The translations under genes were made by a program, and so were the position numbers. Shown here one piece after another: positions 51,901 to 64,000 of a DNA stretch of 64,000 nucleotides. The DNA comes from Paragordius varius (taxonomy: Eukaryota; Animalia; Nematomorpha). The notes under the pieces are model-generated. The model was not told the origin of the DNA, ran no database searches, and saw only the letters and a program-made list of their open reading frames with translations. The stretch covers positions 10,106,001 to 10,170,000 of the forward strand of contig OZ176050.1 of the NCBI GenBank assembly GCA_964247055.1, given 5' to 3'. The first letter of the stretch is position 1, and the number at the start of each line of letters is the position of its first letter.

Positions 51901-54900
51901 AATGGATAAGATTATAAGGATTTTACACCATTATGTATTATTTGTATAATGTAAAGCGATTTAAACTTTATTCAATAGAAAATAAAAATATATATTTTAT
52001 TTTAACAATGATTAAATCCAAATTAAATTCAAATTTTAAAGAAACTATAAGATTAAAAATATATTTATCACCAATTGTATAAAAATATTGATTTGATTAT
52101 GCTTTAATATGCATAGTTTAGCATAATTGTAAAATATTCATCCCCTCCTCATTACATATACCGAAAAGCATATTAATAATAATAAATATAATTATTCCAG
52201 TTTATTGAAAAAAAACATATGATATTTATCTTAGCCTCTGAATAGATAAATCCCTCAATCGATACAAAGCACATAATTTTATGTAATAACAGTTTGTTAA
52301 AACAAAGTTTTATAATATCTGATCAGGTATAAAGAATAAATAATAAATTATTAATGTTTATGCGGAGATTTGATAAAAAAAATGTTTCACGTTTTAATAT
52401 ATTTGATCAAACGCCGCCCGCTTATATTTTTGGATTTTGATTAAATTAATTTATATCCAAAACCAATAACATGTGTTACAAACAACAAAATTGTATGAAA
52501 AAAGTTTTACAAAATTTAAGATTAACAAGTAAACTAAGGAAACATTATCTACAACGTTAAAATAATCATTATATCCTGTTTTTAGGTCTCTTCACCTTTT
52601 TTGTGTGTGTTCACTTTTATTTATTAGGTGTATCATATTTCTCTTCATATAAATAGCTATCCATATATTTATAAAATTATCCAATAAAAACGAAAAAAAT
52701 CAGGCAGGTAAAAAAATCAATCAATAATTTTATATACATATGTTTCCGAAAAAATTAAATCTGATTAGTAAAAAAAATATTCTTTATTTTGGACTAATTT
52801 TGATTAAGCAAAAAGATATTTAATGTGTATGGAAACATTAATTAAATCGTTTATTAGTTTTTTAAATGGGTACAAATTTAAATTTCAATTATTGAATTTT
52901 AACCTTTAAAAAGTATTTAAATTTAAATATATAAATACCTCAAATGGGGTTAATTGAAGAATAAAAAAGTATACAGTAGATATCAATTAAGTTAAAAGCA
53001 GACGATACCAATACGTGTTTGTTTTCGATAAAAAAAGCCACGTGTTAACAAAAATTAAGATTTGAACAAAAAAAAACAAAAACGGTTTAAAACTTGTTTT
53101 GATTGACTATTGTTTTTTATCCATAAAAAATATATTCGAAAAAAAAAATTCTTTAGGCATTTACTTATTGACAGGCTTGATTAAAATAGATAATCTAATT
53201 TATTTTAATCAGAATGATAAAAGGAAACATACAAAATATGTGTGTGCGAAAAAACGATAAATATGGATTGAATATCATCGTTCGCCGTTGAATTTTAATT
53301 TTTTATCATTATTTCCATTACTACTATATGTTAAAATTTTTGTGTCCAATCTAAATATTTATGCATACACATATTATCAATAATTTTATTTATATAGGCA
53401 TAAGCACAAAAATGAGAAATATAAAACTGAATAAATTTAAATAAAGAATTTAAATTATATACCGTTATCAATAATAAAACATGAATAAAAAAATTAATCT
53501 TACTTATGCTCACTTTCTTTTATCACAGAGCTATTTATAAATATTTCTTTGGAATAAAAATGATCATCCGCGTTCGTTGTCTTTTTCATGAAAATCAAAA
53601 TAAAATCAGTATAGATATGTAAAATTTTTTGTTAAGTGAGAGAACAACAAAGGAAATCGTTAAATTTAGTTTAGTTAAACGTTGTCGTGTATATACGAAA
53701 AATCAAAAAATATATGTTGATATATTTAGTATTATACAAAATTTGAATATGAGAGATGATAAAAATATTTTTCTCAGAAAAATAAAAAATCACATTTAAT
53801 AGAGCCAGGGGTAATGGAGCAGATATAAATTGAATGTGAAAATAAAAATGGATAGTTTTATAAAAGAATTTTATTTTATGCAAAACAATTAAATATACGA
53901 AAACGATAGGGAGAAAGAAATAATCAAACATGGCCAAATTTAAACAAATATACACAATTTTTTTGTAGCAAATATATAAATATAGATTTATGTATGAAAT
54001 CACTTTAAGCCTTAAATTTTTAACTTTTTGTTTGTACATACACATATACATGCATATATGATAAATAGGTTTGGAGTTTAGTATTTTTCCGCATGTATAA
54101 AAGGCATATTAGGTATTTTGTTTATTTATCGATAGGTTAAGTTTTGAATAAAATGTATTTGCATATACACGTACCAACCATCTCTATCTAAGGTTATTTA
54201 TTTATTATTGCTCGCTCTACCACCTTAAATTGTTTAGATTGAATGTCTAACGCGATAAAAAGTATAATTCAATAAGTGTTGTCATTAGAGATATTATTCC
54301 ATCAGATTCTTAAATTACAAATAAATTGGATATATAGTAAGTTCGTTCTTGTTTTTTAATCGGATGCCTAATTATTTGCAAAAGTCCGTGAAAATTATAT
54401 TGCACAATGATTGATACATTCTGAGACCATTTATTTATAGCATATTCGGCCACTTCGCTCATTAAGCGTCTCTCAATTTTTTAGTTAAAGGTCTTTTCTT
54501 TATTGGTTCAACACTTTTCTTATAAACTTAGCCCATTTTTTCCATGGTAGCCAATAATAGAGTTCATTCCAAACATCTATCTTTAAAATACTACCAGAAA
54601 AAACCCTTAATATATATTCAAAATCTGGTGATTAATTTTTATAACTTATAAATCTTTTATTTGATCCAAATTTTACTACTGGGGTTCATTTGGTCGGTTA
54701 ATAAAATTAAGTATATATTAAGGGGTGTATTCCCAATTAAAATTTTATCTGTAATTAGCGGTTGATTGTATTTTAAGTCAGAATGGTATTTTTGGATTTT
54801 TATGCAGGGATTTTAACCGGAGGAATGACAGGCTTATTTACAACAGTTATGGAACACAAAATTTTCAAAATGGTTCAACCGCGATTAGTTTTCTTTTAAT

Positions 54901-55202
54901 ATTTTAATCAAATTTTTAGCATAAATTTAACATATAATTATTGAATATAAATAAAATTATCCATTTTAGAAAAATATGGATGCAATCATTTGTCGTTCAT
55001 ATGTTTATGTTTTTGCGACCATTTATTAATATTCTATCAAAATTTAATATATTGTAATATTTAAAAATAGAACAGAAACAATTACCATTTTCCGAAAAAC
55101 AATAAAATTAAAACAAAAGAACCGAACTTAGTCAATTTTTTTTGCAAAAAACATTTAGTACCTAACCATTTTTTGTAATCGCTTTTTGGGAAAAAAATAG
55201 GA

Positions 55203-55262
55203 AAACCCGAAAAAATACTTCACCTGAAACCCGAAAAAATACTTCACTTGAAACCCAAAAAA
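55203..55262. repeat. 24-bp tandem repeat, ~2.5 copies
   Basis: AAACCCGAAAAAATACTTCACCTG, AAACCCGAAAAAATACTTCACTTG, AAACCCAAAAAA. Confidence 0.85.
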
Positions 55263-57299
55263 TTTAAAAAGGTTCGAATTCCTCCTTGCCTTAGGGTTTT
55301 TATTTCGATCCATATTAGCAAGATAGTCAATTCATTTCCTTTTTGCTCATATATACAGTAAAAAGATTTATAATTGGATAATAGCAGTAAAAGGGAAAAA
55401 ACTAACTTTTACCCAATAAATACGCATGTCAATATTATATGCTATCTGGCAATAATTAGTGAAAAACCAGCAATGTTTACTTACTCATATACTGTACTAG
55501 AGAAGGTCAACTCGAACATTGCAAACCCATAGAGGTCAATTTTCTTTATTTTACATAAGATTTTATATCGAAGCCCCTTATTTAGTTCTTTAATATAACC
55601 TAATTTTATATAAATATTTTTATTAACTTTATGTAAAATTGTTTTAATAAGATCATAATTTGTCTTAAATAAATAAGCGTTTTTAAAGGCTAAATTCTAA
55701 TGATCAGAGTCCATTAGAATAGTTTTTCACGGATGCAAATATCTTGTAATTATTATCCGTATTTTAATAAATAATTCGTCTTATAAAGTTTACAGAGGCT
55801 CAAAATCTATTTAATTTTGTTAGTTAGAATGGAATTGAATATTTCTACTAAGAGCTGATAATTTAAATATGAATCACAATATTATTCGAGCAATCATAAT
55901 TTATTTTTAAGGTCTAAAAGGATTTTGGTAGATTTTATTATTTTTTTCGTCATTACATATTTTTAAATACAAATAAATTTTTTTGGATAAGAGTGATTAA
56001 ATGGATACTACGCTATTATGATTTTTATTATAAATACTAAATTATAAATTATTTTGAAACTTAAAAATGTTTAATAGAGATAGAGATGAGAGAGAGGACA
56101 AACAACGACGGATCTAAAACAGAATTAATGATTATATTTAACAACTAATGTAAAATAAATTAAAATGTGCCGCGGGCTCCACCTATTTCACATTATTTTC
56201 GTTAGATTAATAATTATTTTTACCTATTGCATTCTTAGTATTTCCAAATATTGCTTTATTATACAATATAAATATAATTATTCTATTATATTTCGTATTT
56301 CGTAATCTCCGTTTCTGAGAAAAAAAGAGATATATAGATAGATAGTATGATGATCATTTTTTTATTAATAAATATTTTTGTGTGTCTCAAACAGACAAGG
56401 CAAGGCAAGCAAACAACCAATGAGTGCATAAAAATATTTATCTGAATTTTTTATTTGTACCTGCCTGCCTACTTTATCGACGCACACAAAAAAATAAAAT
56501 ATTTTTAATATAACATGAAATAAAAAAGGTAAATTAATCGTAGAGTTTGCTTCTTGTCCGTAGTACACAAATTGGAAGAAAAAATTGAAAACAATTGTAT
56601 TTATAATAAATAATTTTGCAATAACAATACAAATAACTCCATAATTACCTTACCACTAAGCCTTTATAAGAATTGTCTCTCCACAAACTAATTGGAGTTT
56701 AAGGGTTAAACAATAAATTCGAATAATAAATAAAAGAAAGGTAATGGAATAAATTATGGCAAAAACAATTTTATTTCACGTAGATAGATATATACATACG
56801 AAAAAAACCAATATGTTTAAAAGCTATAAAAAATTGCCAGTGTATTCTAGAACGCCCCCCAAAAAATCAATCGTAAACAATTTATATTTATCAATAGTAG
56901 GTATGTAATATTATTTTATATTATACAAAATACTATTTTCCCAGATAATACCCAATAATATTAAAGAGCGATTGAATTGATTTACCACATGCTATGTAAA
57001 TTAGGAACCAATAGGCGATATCTGAAAATATGCAAATGATAATATTAAATGATTTATATATTTGACCTATAATGAATGCCTTTTACATTTTTTATAAATG
57101 GAATTCGGAAAACTTTTAAAACTCTTTTAATATGATTGCTATTTTTAACTAAATAAAATTTTAACAACCCAAAGACATGCGTGGTTAAGCAGTGCTTGTA
57201 AATATATAAAACAAAAATTTTTTTGGCATTATTTAATTCGATAATTTTACGAAATGGGGGTCCAAACGCCATACACCGAAATAAATACGTTAAACAACT

Positions 57300-58020
57300 G
57301 TTTATGTGCCCATAACTTCATTCAAAGGGGAAAACGATTAAAATATTTCACCTCACTGAACTTTCCATAAAAAAACACCCAATCTCTATCATATTTAATC
57401 ACGAAAATTCTTTGATGCTTATTCTAAAGGCATCTATTCAAGAAAGTGGATTCTTTTATCGCAGCTTGATTTCCCATATCCATAGATTCTGCAAAAGCTT
57501 TAAACTAAAAGGTAGACCTAACGAATAGAAAGGCTTTGTTGAAGTTGGTAGTTTTGAATGTTAATTCCCAAAATCTACTGTATTATCAAATTAACTTTTG
57601 GAAAGGAGAATTTGTGGATAATAATTTAACTTTAATTCATTTACATTTGAAACTTATTAAGGATAACCGCATAAATTACTAACGTTTATCTTTTAATTGT
57701 TTTCATTTGTCATGCGCAACCTCTAATGCGCTGCCGTGCAAGACCTGACTCTAACGAGACTCGTTGCCAATAATTGTGTGACAACGAGATCCTAAGTAGA
57801 ATATTGAAGCCATTCATATTTGAGTAGGGCTGATTAATCTTCAGCATTTATTTTAGCCGAAATTGAGAATTGGTACAGGACGGTTTATCACGGTTTGCCC
57901 TAGTTGAGTAAACATCTGAAACATGGTCGCACGAAGAGGTAACGTCGACACTTGTTGGTGTGCAATATTCCAAAATTGATTTACCTTAATTGTCTCTCAT
58001 TTAGTAGCAAATAAACACCC
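57300..58020 (-). mobile_element. Possible CR1/L2/Jockey-type LINE RT remnants
   Basis: Minus-strand fragments ESMDMGNQAAI (D.G..VD.IY-like) and ILEYCTP (LEYxxxVW-like), with locally elevated GC. Motif order is not clean. Confidence 0.3.
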
Positions 58021-58139
58021 TTTTTGCGCCAAAGATATGATATAGACCTTAACATTTTGAGAGTAAGGACTATAATGCTGTTTGTGCTGTTATTCAAAAT
58101 CAAATATTGCTTTATCACACCTAACACGGCAAAATAAAC

Positions 58140-58142
<3 letters not shown>

Positions 58143-58172
<30 letters not shown>
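58143..58172. repeat. (TA)n microsatellite
   Basis: Direct reading. Confidence 0.95.
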
Positions 58173-58173
<1 letters not shown>

Positions 58174-58589
58174 TACAGCTTATACATTAGTTACATAATA
58201 AAGGCATATTTTTATTTATGTAAGTAACATCAAACTCATCATTCGATGTGTCTCCCCGCTCTGAAGCTCCAATGCGTTACGGGTGGGTAGGGAAAGTCTG
58301 GACGGCAGGTCGACGATACTGCTCAACACCTTTTACTTACTTAATTATAATTATCCAATTATTATATAAGGAACGTAAATAGGTTAAAACACCCCTTTCT
58401 TTTTTATGTTTACACATAATTATTGAGATGTAATGCCATATAAAACGTTAATGCCAAAAACTGTGCACCAACCAGCTCCTTATCAACTAATTTTAATCAA
58501 ACATAATCCATTTTAAACTCTTTATAATTGACGCCATATGTCGAAACTAATAGGATGGGAGTGCAGCTAAATATATAGTTAAAAATATA

Positions 58590-59715
58590 TCAGATGTATT
58601 CTTAAGCTTTTACCGGTTTTTTGGTAAAAACACCCAATTACGAAAGGAAATTAATTATTTATTTTAGTCAAAACATCATGCATCGGCTTCGCATTTCGCT
58701 CATCTTTCATGCACTATACGAATGCTGTGCCAGAACATGGTCGTTTTCGGAAAACCTTTCGTCAAGCCATTTTTTACGTCTTCATCTTGGCGAAAGTATG
58801 CCCCATTGATGCCAAGTTGTAGTCAGATGGTGGCGGATGCGAACAAATTGCCTATCAAAGCGATTTCAAGGTGGCTTTTACAGGTTTTACCGCAAGAGAC
58901 GAAGCATTTTCATGTAGCAAAATTACTTTGCCATGTCTACTGACCGATTCGGGTGTTTTTTTGATTAATGCATGGTTTTAAATTATCATTTGTTATCGAT
59001 AGCATTGTGTAATGACGGTTTCACCGGGTTGGAAAAGATTATTTCTGGTCCCACCAAACACGGAGCATGGTCTTCTTCTCAGCAGTCGGCCTTGAGGCTT
59101 GACAAGGTGCCATGATTTCTCGTTAGATTCAAAGCTCCTCTCATCCCACATCCCTATTCAAAGCAAAAATATTCTTTTTGTGACGTTGAAGCAGGATTTC
59201 ACAAGTCACTTCAATTTTCAGTTTGCATTCATTAAAATTGCGTGGGATCCATTTATTGAGATCGTTTTTCCCATTGCTGTAGACATTTATTGATTTTTTT
59301 TGTGATACATGTAATGCCTCTGCAATTTTTTAAGTTTGAATTGAGACATCAGCTATAACTCTTGAATATGATCGTTTTTGTTTTGTAGTCGTACCAGAGC
59401 GCCTACAGTCTTCATGAAATCCCAACTTTTAATATTTCAAAACCATATTTCAAATTAATCGATAGGAAATGTCACCTTATGTTTCTGCCTGCAAACGATA
59501 ACTTTCAACAGCCTTTTTCTAATGCGTACCGCAGACGTTCTTTTTATTGTCAAAATTTGACGTGATTACTGATTAATAACATAAAGACGCTAGTTTTTAG
59601 CGAACTCAACTTGTGTGAGTTTGCCGTTTAATGTCAAATGAATGTATAAATGAAATGTGTACTTTTCGCTGGCGTGTTCTCTTATTAAACGGTAATAACT
59701 TAGAACTACACCTGG
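58590..59715 (-). mobile_element. Decayed mariner (DD34D family, Mos1/mauritiana-like) transposon
   Basis: Imperfect ~28-bp TIRs (TCAGATGTATTCTTAAGCTTTTACCG / CCAGGTGTAGTTCTAAGTTATTACCG) flanked by TA at 58588-89 and 59716-17. The minus strand gives broken transposase motifs in order: KKAVESYRL, WF..IKS.DF, KWIPRNFNE, TCEILLQRHKK, KKTMLRVWWDQ, PGETV, GKVILLHENA, PSDYNL, FW..I....ERW.KC. Multiple stops and frameshifts. Confidence 0.93.
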
Positions 59716-62602
59716 TATATTGCAAAGATAAACTTGAGTTGATGAAAGGTAAACTTTCAAATTTATAAAAAATAACAGAATACGATTCATACTAATCTTT
59801 TATTATCTTAAAGTTAAAGGATGCAATGGTATATTTTGATTTTTTATTTTAGGGTGAGAGTTGCTCCCACTATATCGTATTTAAGTGAATTAACAATATT
59901 TATAATATGGTTATTCCCTATTGTTTCTGAAAACTGCCTCTCTTGCAAACATTATTTTGATCAGAATGCGTATTATTCCAACTTGATTTAACTTAACTAT
60001 TAATGTCTGAAAATAGAATTTTTTTATTTCTATTTCTATTCATGTCAGGCCTTAAAATTTTTATTTATGATTTTTTTATTCCATCATTGCAGGCAGACGG
60101 TAAAAAATCTTTAATGACTTGCCATGAAAAAATGGAGTATTTACTGATATTGTATGCTTCAAATAAACTGATAAATATATTTACAACTATTTTTTATGTT
60201 ATAGATTTTATAGTAATAATGAATCCAAAAGATTTAATTAACACTCGCCTGTCCAGGTCTTACAATGATGGTAAAAAATGTGCGGTTTTGGGATTCGAGA
60301 TTACGCAAAGCCAGACTAGTGTGCAGTTTGATGAAGTAACCTTTGACCAAAATTTGAGGTTACAAATACAGCACTTACAGTTTCTAAACCCAAATTATAA
60401 GTAAATAAATAAATAAATCATAATGCCTTTCTATATTCAAATGATTACCTTATAGTTTTATTTCAAAGATGTAATTGCAATCGAAAATTCTTAATGTTGA
60501 GTTTAATTTTTTATAATTTACTATTAAAATTCCAACGTATTTGCCATAATTAAGGATATCTGCGAATTGCTATTACAAAAAATTTGATAAGTATTGTAAG
60601 ATATAAATAAATTGAGATGTGTCCAGTAATTAAAAGGTAACCAGTTCAAAGTTCGCATTTAAACTGAATTCTTAATTTATTAAATTTTATTATCACGATA
60701 CTTTCGATTTAGATATTTTTTAAAGTTATTAATGAATAATATAATTAACCTTTTTATAAATTATTTGTTTTCATTAATCTTTCATAATTTTGAGTTATAA
60801 TATGCCAAATCGATATATTTAACACAAATTCCTAAATAATTAATATTGCATTATGATTGTGTTTATAACAAATTATATCCTTATATTTAAGTATATCTAT
60901 CGTGTCACCATAGTAACTTTGCCTAAAATATTTTTTTTTAAGATTTAAACTTAGACATTTTTTAAGCCACATCTATAAAAAGATTTTATATAATTTTTTT
61001 TATTAGACTTTAGAGGCTCTTTTAATTTATAAAAATAATTTCAAAAATGGAATATAAATATATCTAGTTATTTTGACATTGCCTGATTCTGACCGCTTTT
61101 ACTCAAACTAGTCAAAAAGATGATAATGTTCAAAAGATATACAGTAACGTATGAAAATTATTCCCTTAACATAAGCAATTAAAACACATGGTAGATATGA
61201 ACATCATAATGTGTTTTTTTGTCATCATGATATTGTAGAAAAGAAGATTTGTGTCAGTTTGCTTAAATAGGGAAGTGGTGACACACTATGCATGTGAATA
61301 ATTCAGAGTTAACCCTACAATTTTTCCATATTCGCTGGGCATTGTTAAGGTTTCATCGGTCCGGTTTTACTAAAGTTCCTAACCTACAAAAGCTAAAAAT
61401 AGGCTATAATATTTATATTTTTTTATTTTGCATCGTTGTTTTAACGTATAATTTTAAAATATAAACACAATTTGCAATAAATATTAACTAACAAACTTAG
61501 TTTCTTTTCCAAATCCATTGAAATAAAAAGATTATTATTAAACTATTTTAAGGTCAAATCTGAAAAATAAAGATTTTTTTTCATAGTTTAAAGGGAATGT
61601 AATCATCTACTAATGAATTATTTTAAATATTAAGATTATTTAGATTTTTAGAATGAATATTTATAGTTATTATAACTTTTTTGGAACAGTCATAAATAAT
61701 GTAAATTGACTAGTCAGTAAAATATTTAAAACATGTTTTAATATTCTTTATGCTAATAACTAAAATGTTTAATAGTTGTTATGACAAAATAGGGTAATTT
61801 GCACGAAAAAACCAATTATTAAAATAATTTATAAGCACTCTCCTTATTGCATATATAATATGGGAAAAAATGGTAAAAAATAAGTTTTTGGACAATGTAT
61901 ACAATACCTAGTTTATTTATTATGTTTTAAAACAATGAATCGGTTAAACTAAATAATATAAATATACATATATAGGGAACAAAATAATTAACATTATAAG
62001 CAACTATACGACATATTTTATATTTAATTTTTAATGTAATAAAAGTTTCCACATAAAATTATTAGTATAGTGAGTGTTGTCACCAATTCCTAACTGAGCT
62101 GATGATGCGTCGACTGCGTGTTACGGCTTAGTTCAGTTAAGGTTTCAAGCTATTCTATTTGGCGGGGTTTGCGAATTTAAAGCGGGGCATGTTTAATCCA
62201 CCATCAGGCTGAAACTTGAAATAAATTGATTCATTTAACATGTATAATACCCATTTTTCTGACCCTCATTATTGGAAAATAAAAGCATTTTATGGTTTAT
62301 ATTTGTATTCCTCCTATTTCCATGATCCGTTTCTGCCTTTTTTTGTTTGCCAATTTGCAATTTTAAATTATTTATTCTAGACTGAAATCAAGTTAAAAAA
62401 TGCAAATTTTAAAACCATTTCGTTGCTGAACCACGGTATTATCAACTCGTCACAACATCAGTGCGATTTGAATCAAATATATAATCCTTTTACGCGTATT
62501 ATTTATAAAAAATATTTTTAAAGCCATATTCAATAAATCTTTTTCTCAAATTTAGCACTTTGTAATAGTTTGTTTTGTGATAGCACTAATAAATTTTGCT
62601 AT

Positions 62603-62779
62603 ATACAGTATGAGTAAGTATACATTGCTAGAAAGTTATTAATTATTGCCAAATAGCATATACAACAAAGGGCAGTATTATTGGCTTCTATTTTTAGCCA
62701 ATAATAATTCTCTTTGCTGCATATGCTATTTGACAATAATTAATAATTTTCTAGCAATATATACTTAATCATACTGTAT
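62603..62779. repeat. Fold-back palindrome / MITE (84-bp arms, 9-nt spacer)
   Basis: Arms 62603-62686 and 62696-62779 match at 75/84 positions with no gaps. Ends read TA|CAGT...ACTG|TA. Confidence 0.9.
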
Positions 62780-64000
62780 TTTTTGAGCCTTCTACTAATA
62801 TTAAAAGAGATTTGTTGCAATCGGATTTGGAAGTTTCTATAGACTGTAAAAATTACAAAAGTTAAATATTTATTATTATATTTATTTGAATATCCGGGTA
62901 AAACACCAAAAATAGGTTTTTTTATCCATTGTCAGCAAAAATTTACAATGTTACAATTTCTTCGTCATAGCATAATATTTTTAAGTTTCGAGACGGCTTA
63001 CGGTTTAACCTCGTTGAACCGTACAGTTGACAACATTACACTCAGTTGTAAAGCTTATTGTTGAATATGTTATCAATTAAATTTGTAAAATTTTAATTCT
63101 TTGGTTTTTAGAGAGAAGTAGTCTTTAACGAAGAATCAATGCAAATATATAATTTTTATAGCTAACGATATCAGCTTTATGAGTGGAGTTAAAATAACAT
63201 ACCCCTAAAATTATTTTTGAGTATGGATGATACCATAGGAAAGTCCTAAGGGTAATGCACAAAAGGTTTAGATGATAAATAGTTTCAAAGGAAATTAATT
63301 AAAGTCATAAAAAGATATATATCGAACTAATATTTCGACCACAGATGGTCTCTCGATACCAAACCGTGATAATCATCGGTTGGGCTCATCATGGTTTGCA
63401 AATTAAATTGATATTTGGCAAGATTGGAAGCCGTCCGCAAGCCGATAAAATCGTAGATCCGATTATGAAATCAAGAATATATTAGTGATTTGCATATGGT
63501 TTAAAACCTCAAAGCCTAAAATTTCAAATATTCAATTTAAATAGAGCAAATAATTATAATTTTTCTTTCAATATGTTATGCGCAGCAACAGTGAATTTCA
63601 TTAATAGAGCCAAATGTTTGATAGTTTGATTTTCACAAAGGCTTTAGCATTAATACCAAAAGAAAATAAAGTGTATGAAATTGTTTATTTGAAAATATGA
63701 TTAACATTTCGTAATTGGGGTATTTAAATACCCCAGACTAAATTTGAGTTAAGATTTTTAAAAATGGTCACAATTTAAATTTATGATTCTATCCTAATAA
63801 AAATTATATAAATATGCCAAAAAATCTTAATAAAATTTTGTTTTGAAAAAAAAGTTCCATGTCAAACTACTTCGACGCCATTTTTATTTTAAAATGTTTT
63901 TGCAAAATATCGTCTTCATGTAATTTTAAAGGTAAAATTAAATCTAATTTTTTATTTAAATTACATCTAACATTGATAGAAATAGAAAAAGCGGTTTATT

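Noticed and set aside
58250-58275. TCCCCGCT resembling the HDV-ribozyme L3 loop
   Set aside because: The flanking triplets (GTC / CTG) cannot form P3, and no P1 is evident.
61230-61320. RRFVSVCLNREVVTHYACE plus TTAACCCT as a piggyBac remnant
   Set aside because: Only a partial Cys pattern, with no matching AGGG-TTAA end and no catalytic-domain residues.
62099-62220. CTGATGA as a hammerhead ribozyme core
   Set aside because: No GAAA follows a short stem II. The nearest GAAAC is about 110 nt away and no stem I/III pairing is evident.
18100-64000. Many 60-130 aa F/I/L/K/N/Y-rich ORFs in the track
   Set aside because: Their composition is what random AT-rich intronic DNA gives. They show no splice-phase links or motifs, apart from those assigned to exons or TEs above.
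1-64000. CRISPR arrays, rRNA, tRNA or prokaryotic operons
   Set aside because: None seen. The sequence is eukaryotic with spliceosomal introns, and the only regular repeats are microsatellites and one 24-bp tandem.

Overview
AT-rich, intron-containing animal genomic DNA, probably from an invertebrate (inferred from the Cut repeat 1 sequence). No prokaryotic features or CRISPR arrays. Two protein-coding genes lie in tandem on the minus strand. (1) The 5' part of mitochondrial Lon protease (LONP1): ATG at 1851, 5 exons, running off the left edge. It has two consecutive introns of only 26 and 25 nt. (2) A complete ~44 kb CUX1/cut-CASP locus: ATG at 50600 and 8 shared coiled-coil exons. The donor at 20892 splices either to 9 CUX-specific exons (three CUT repeats, stop at 11618, ~2292 aa) or across 10.6 kb to 7 CASP golgin exons (stop at 6417, 685 aa). 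I could find no homeodomain in the CUX isoform. Introns and intergenic DNA carry a decayed Mos1-like mariner, several RTE and other LINE remnants (one with an embedded PHD-like finger), hAT- and Tc1/mariner-type MITEs, a 177-bp fold-back palindrome and (TA)n microsatellites. I built the exon models by hand from splice signals and phase continuity. Comparisons with human, Drosophila and Mos1 proteins are from memory, not from a database search.
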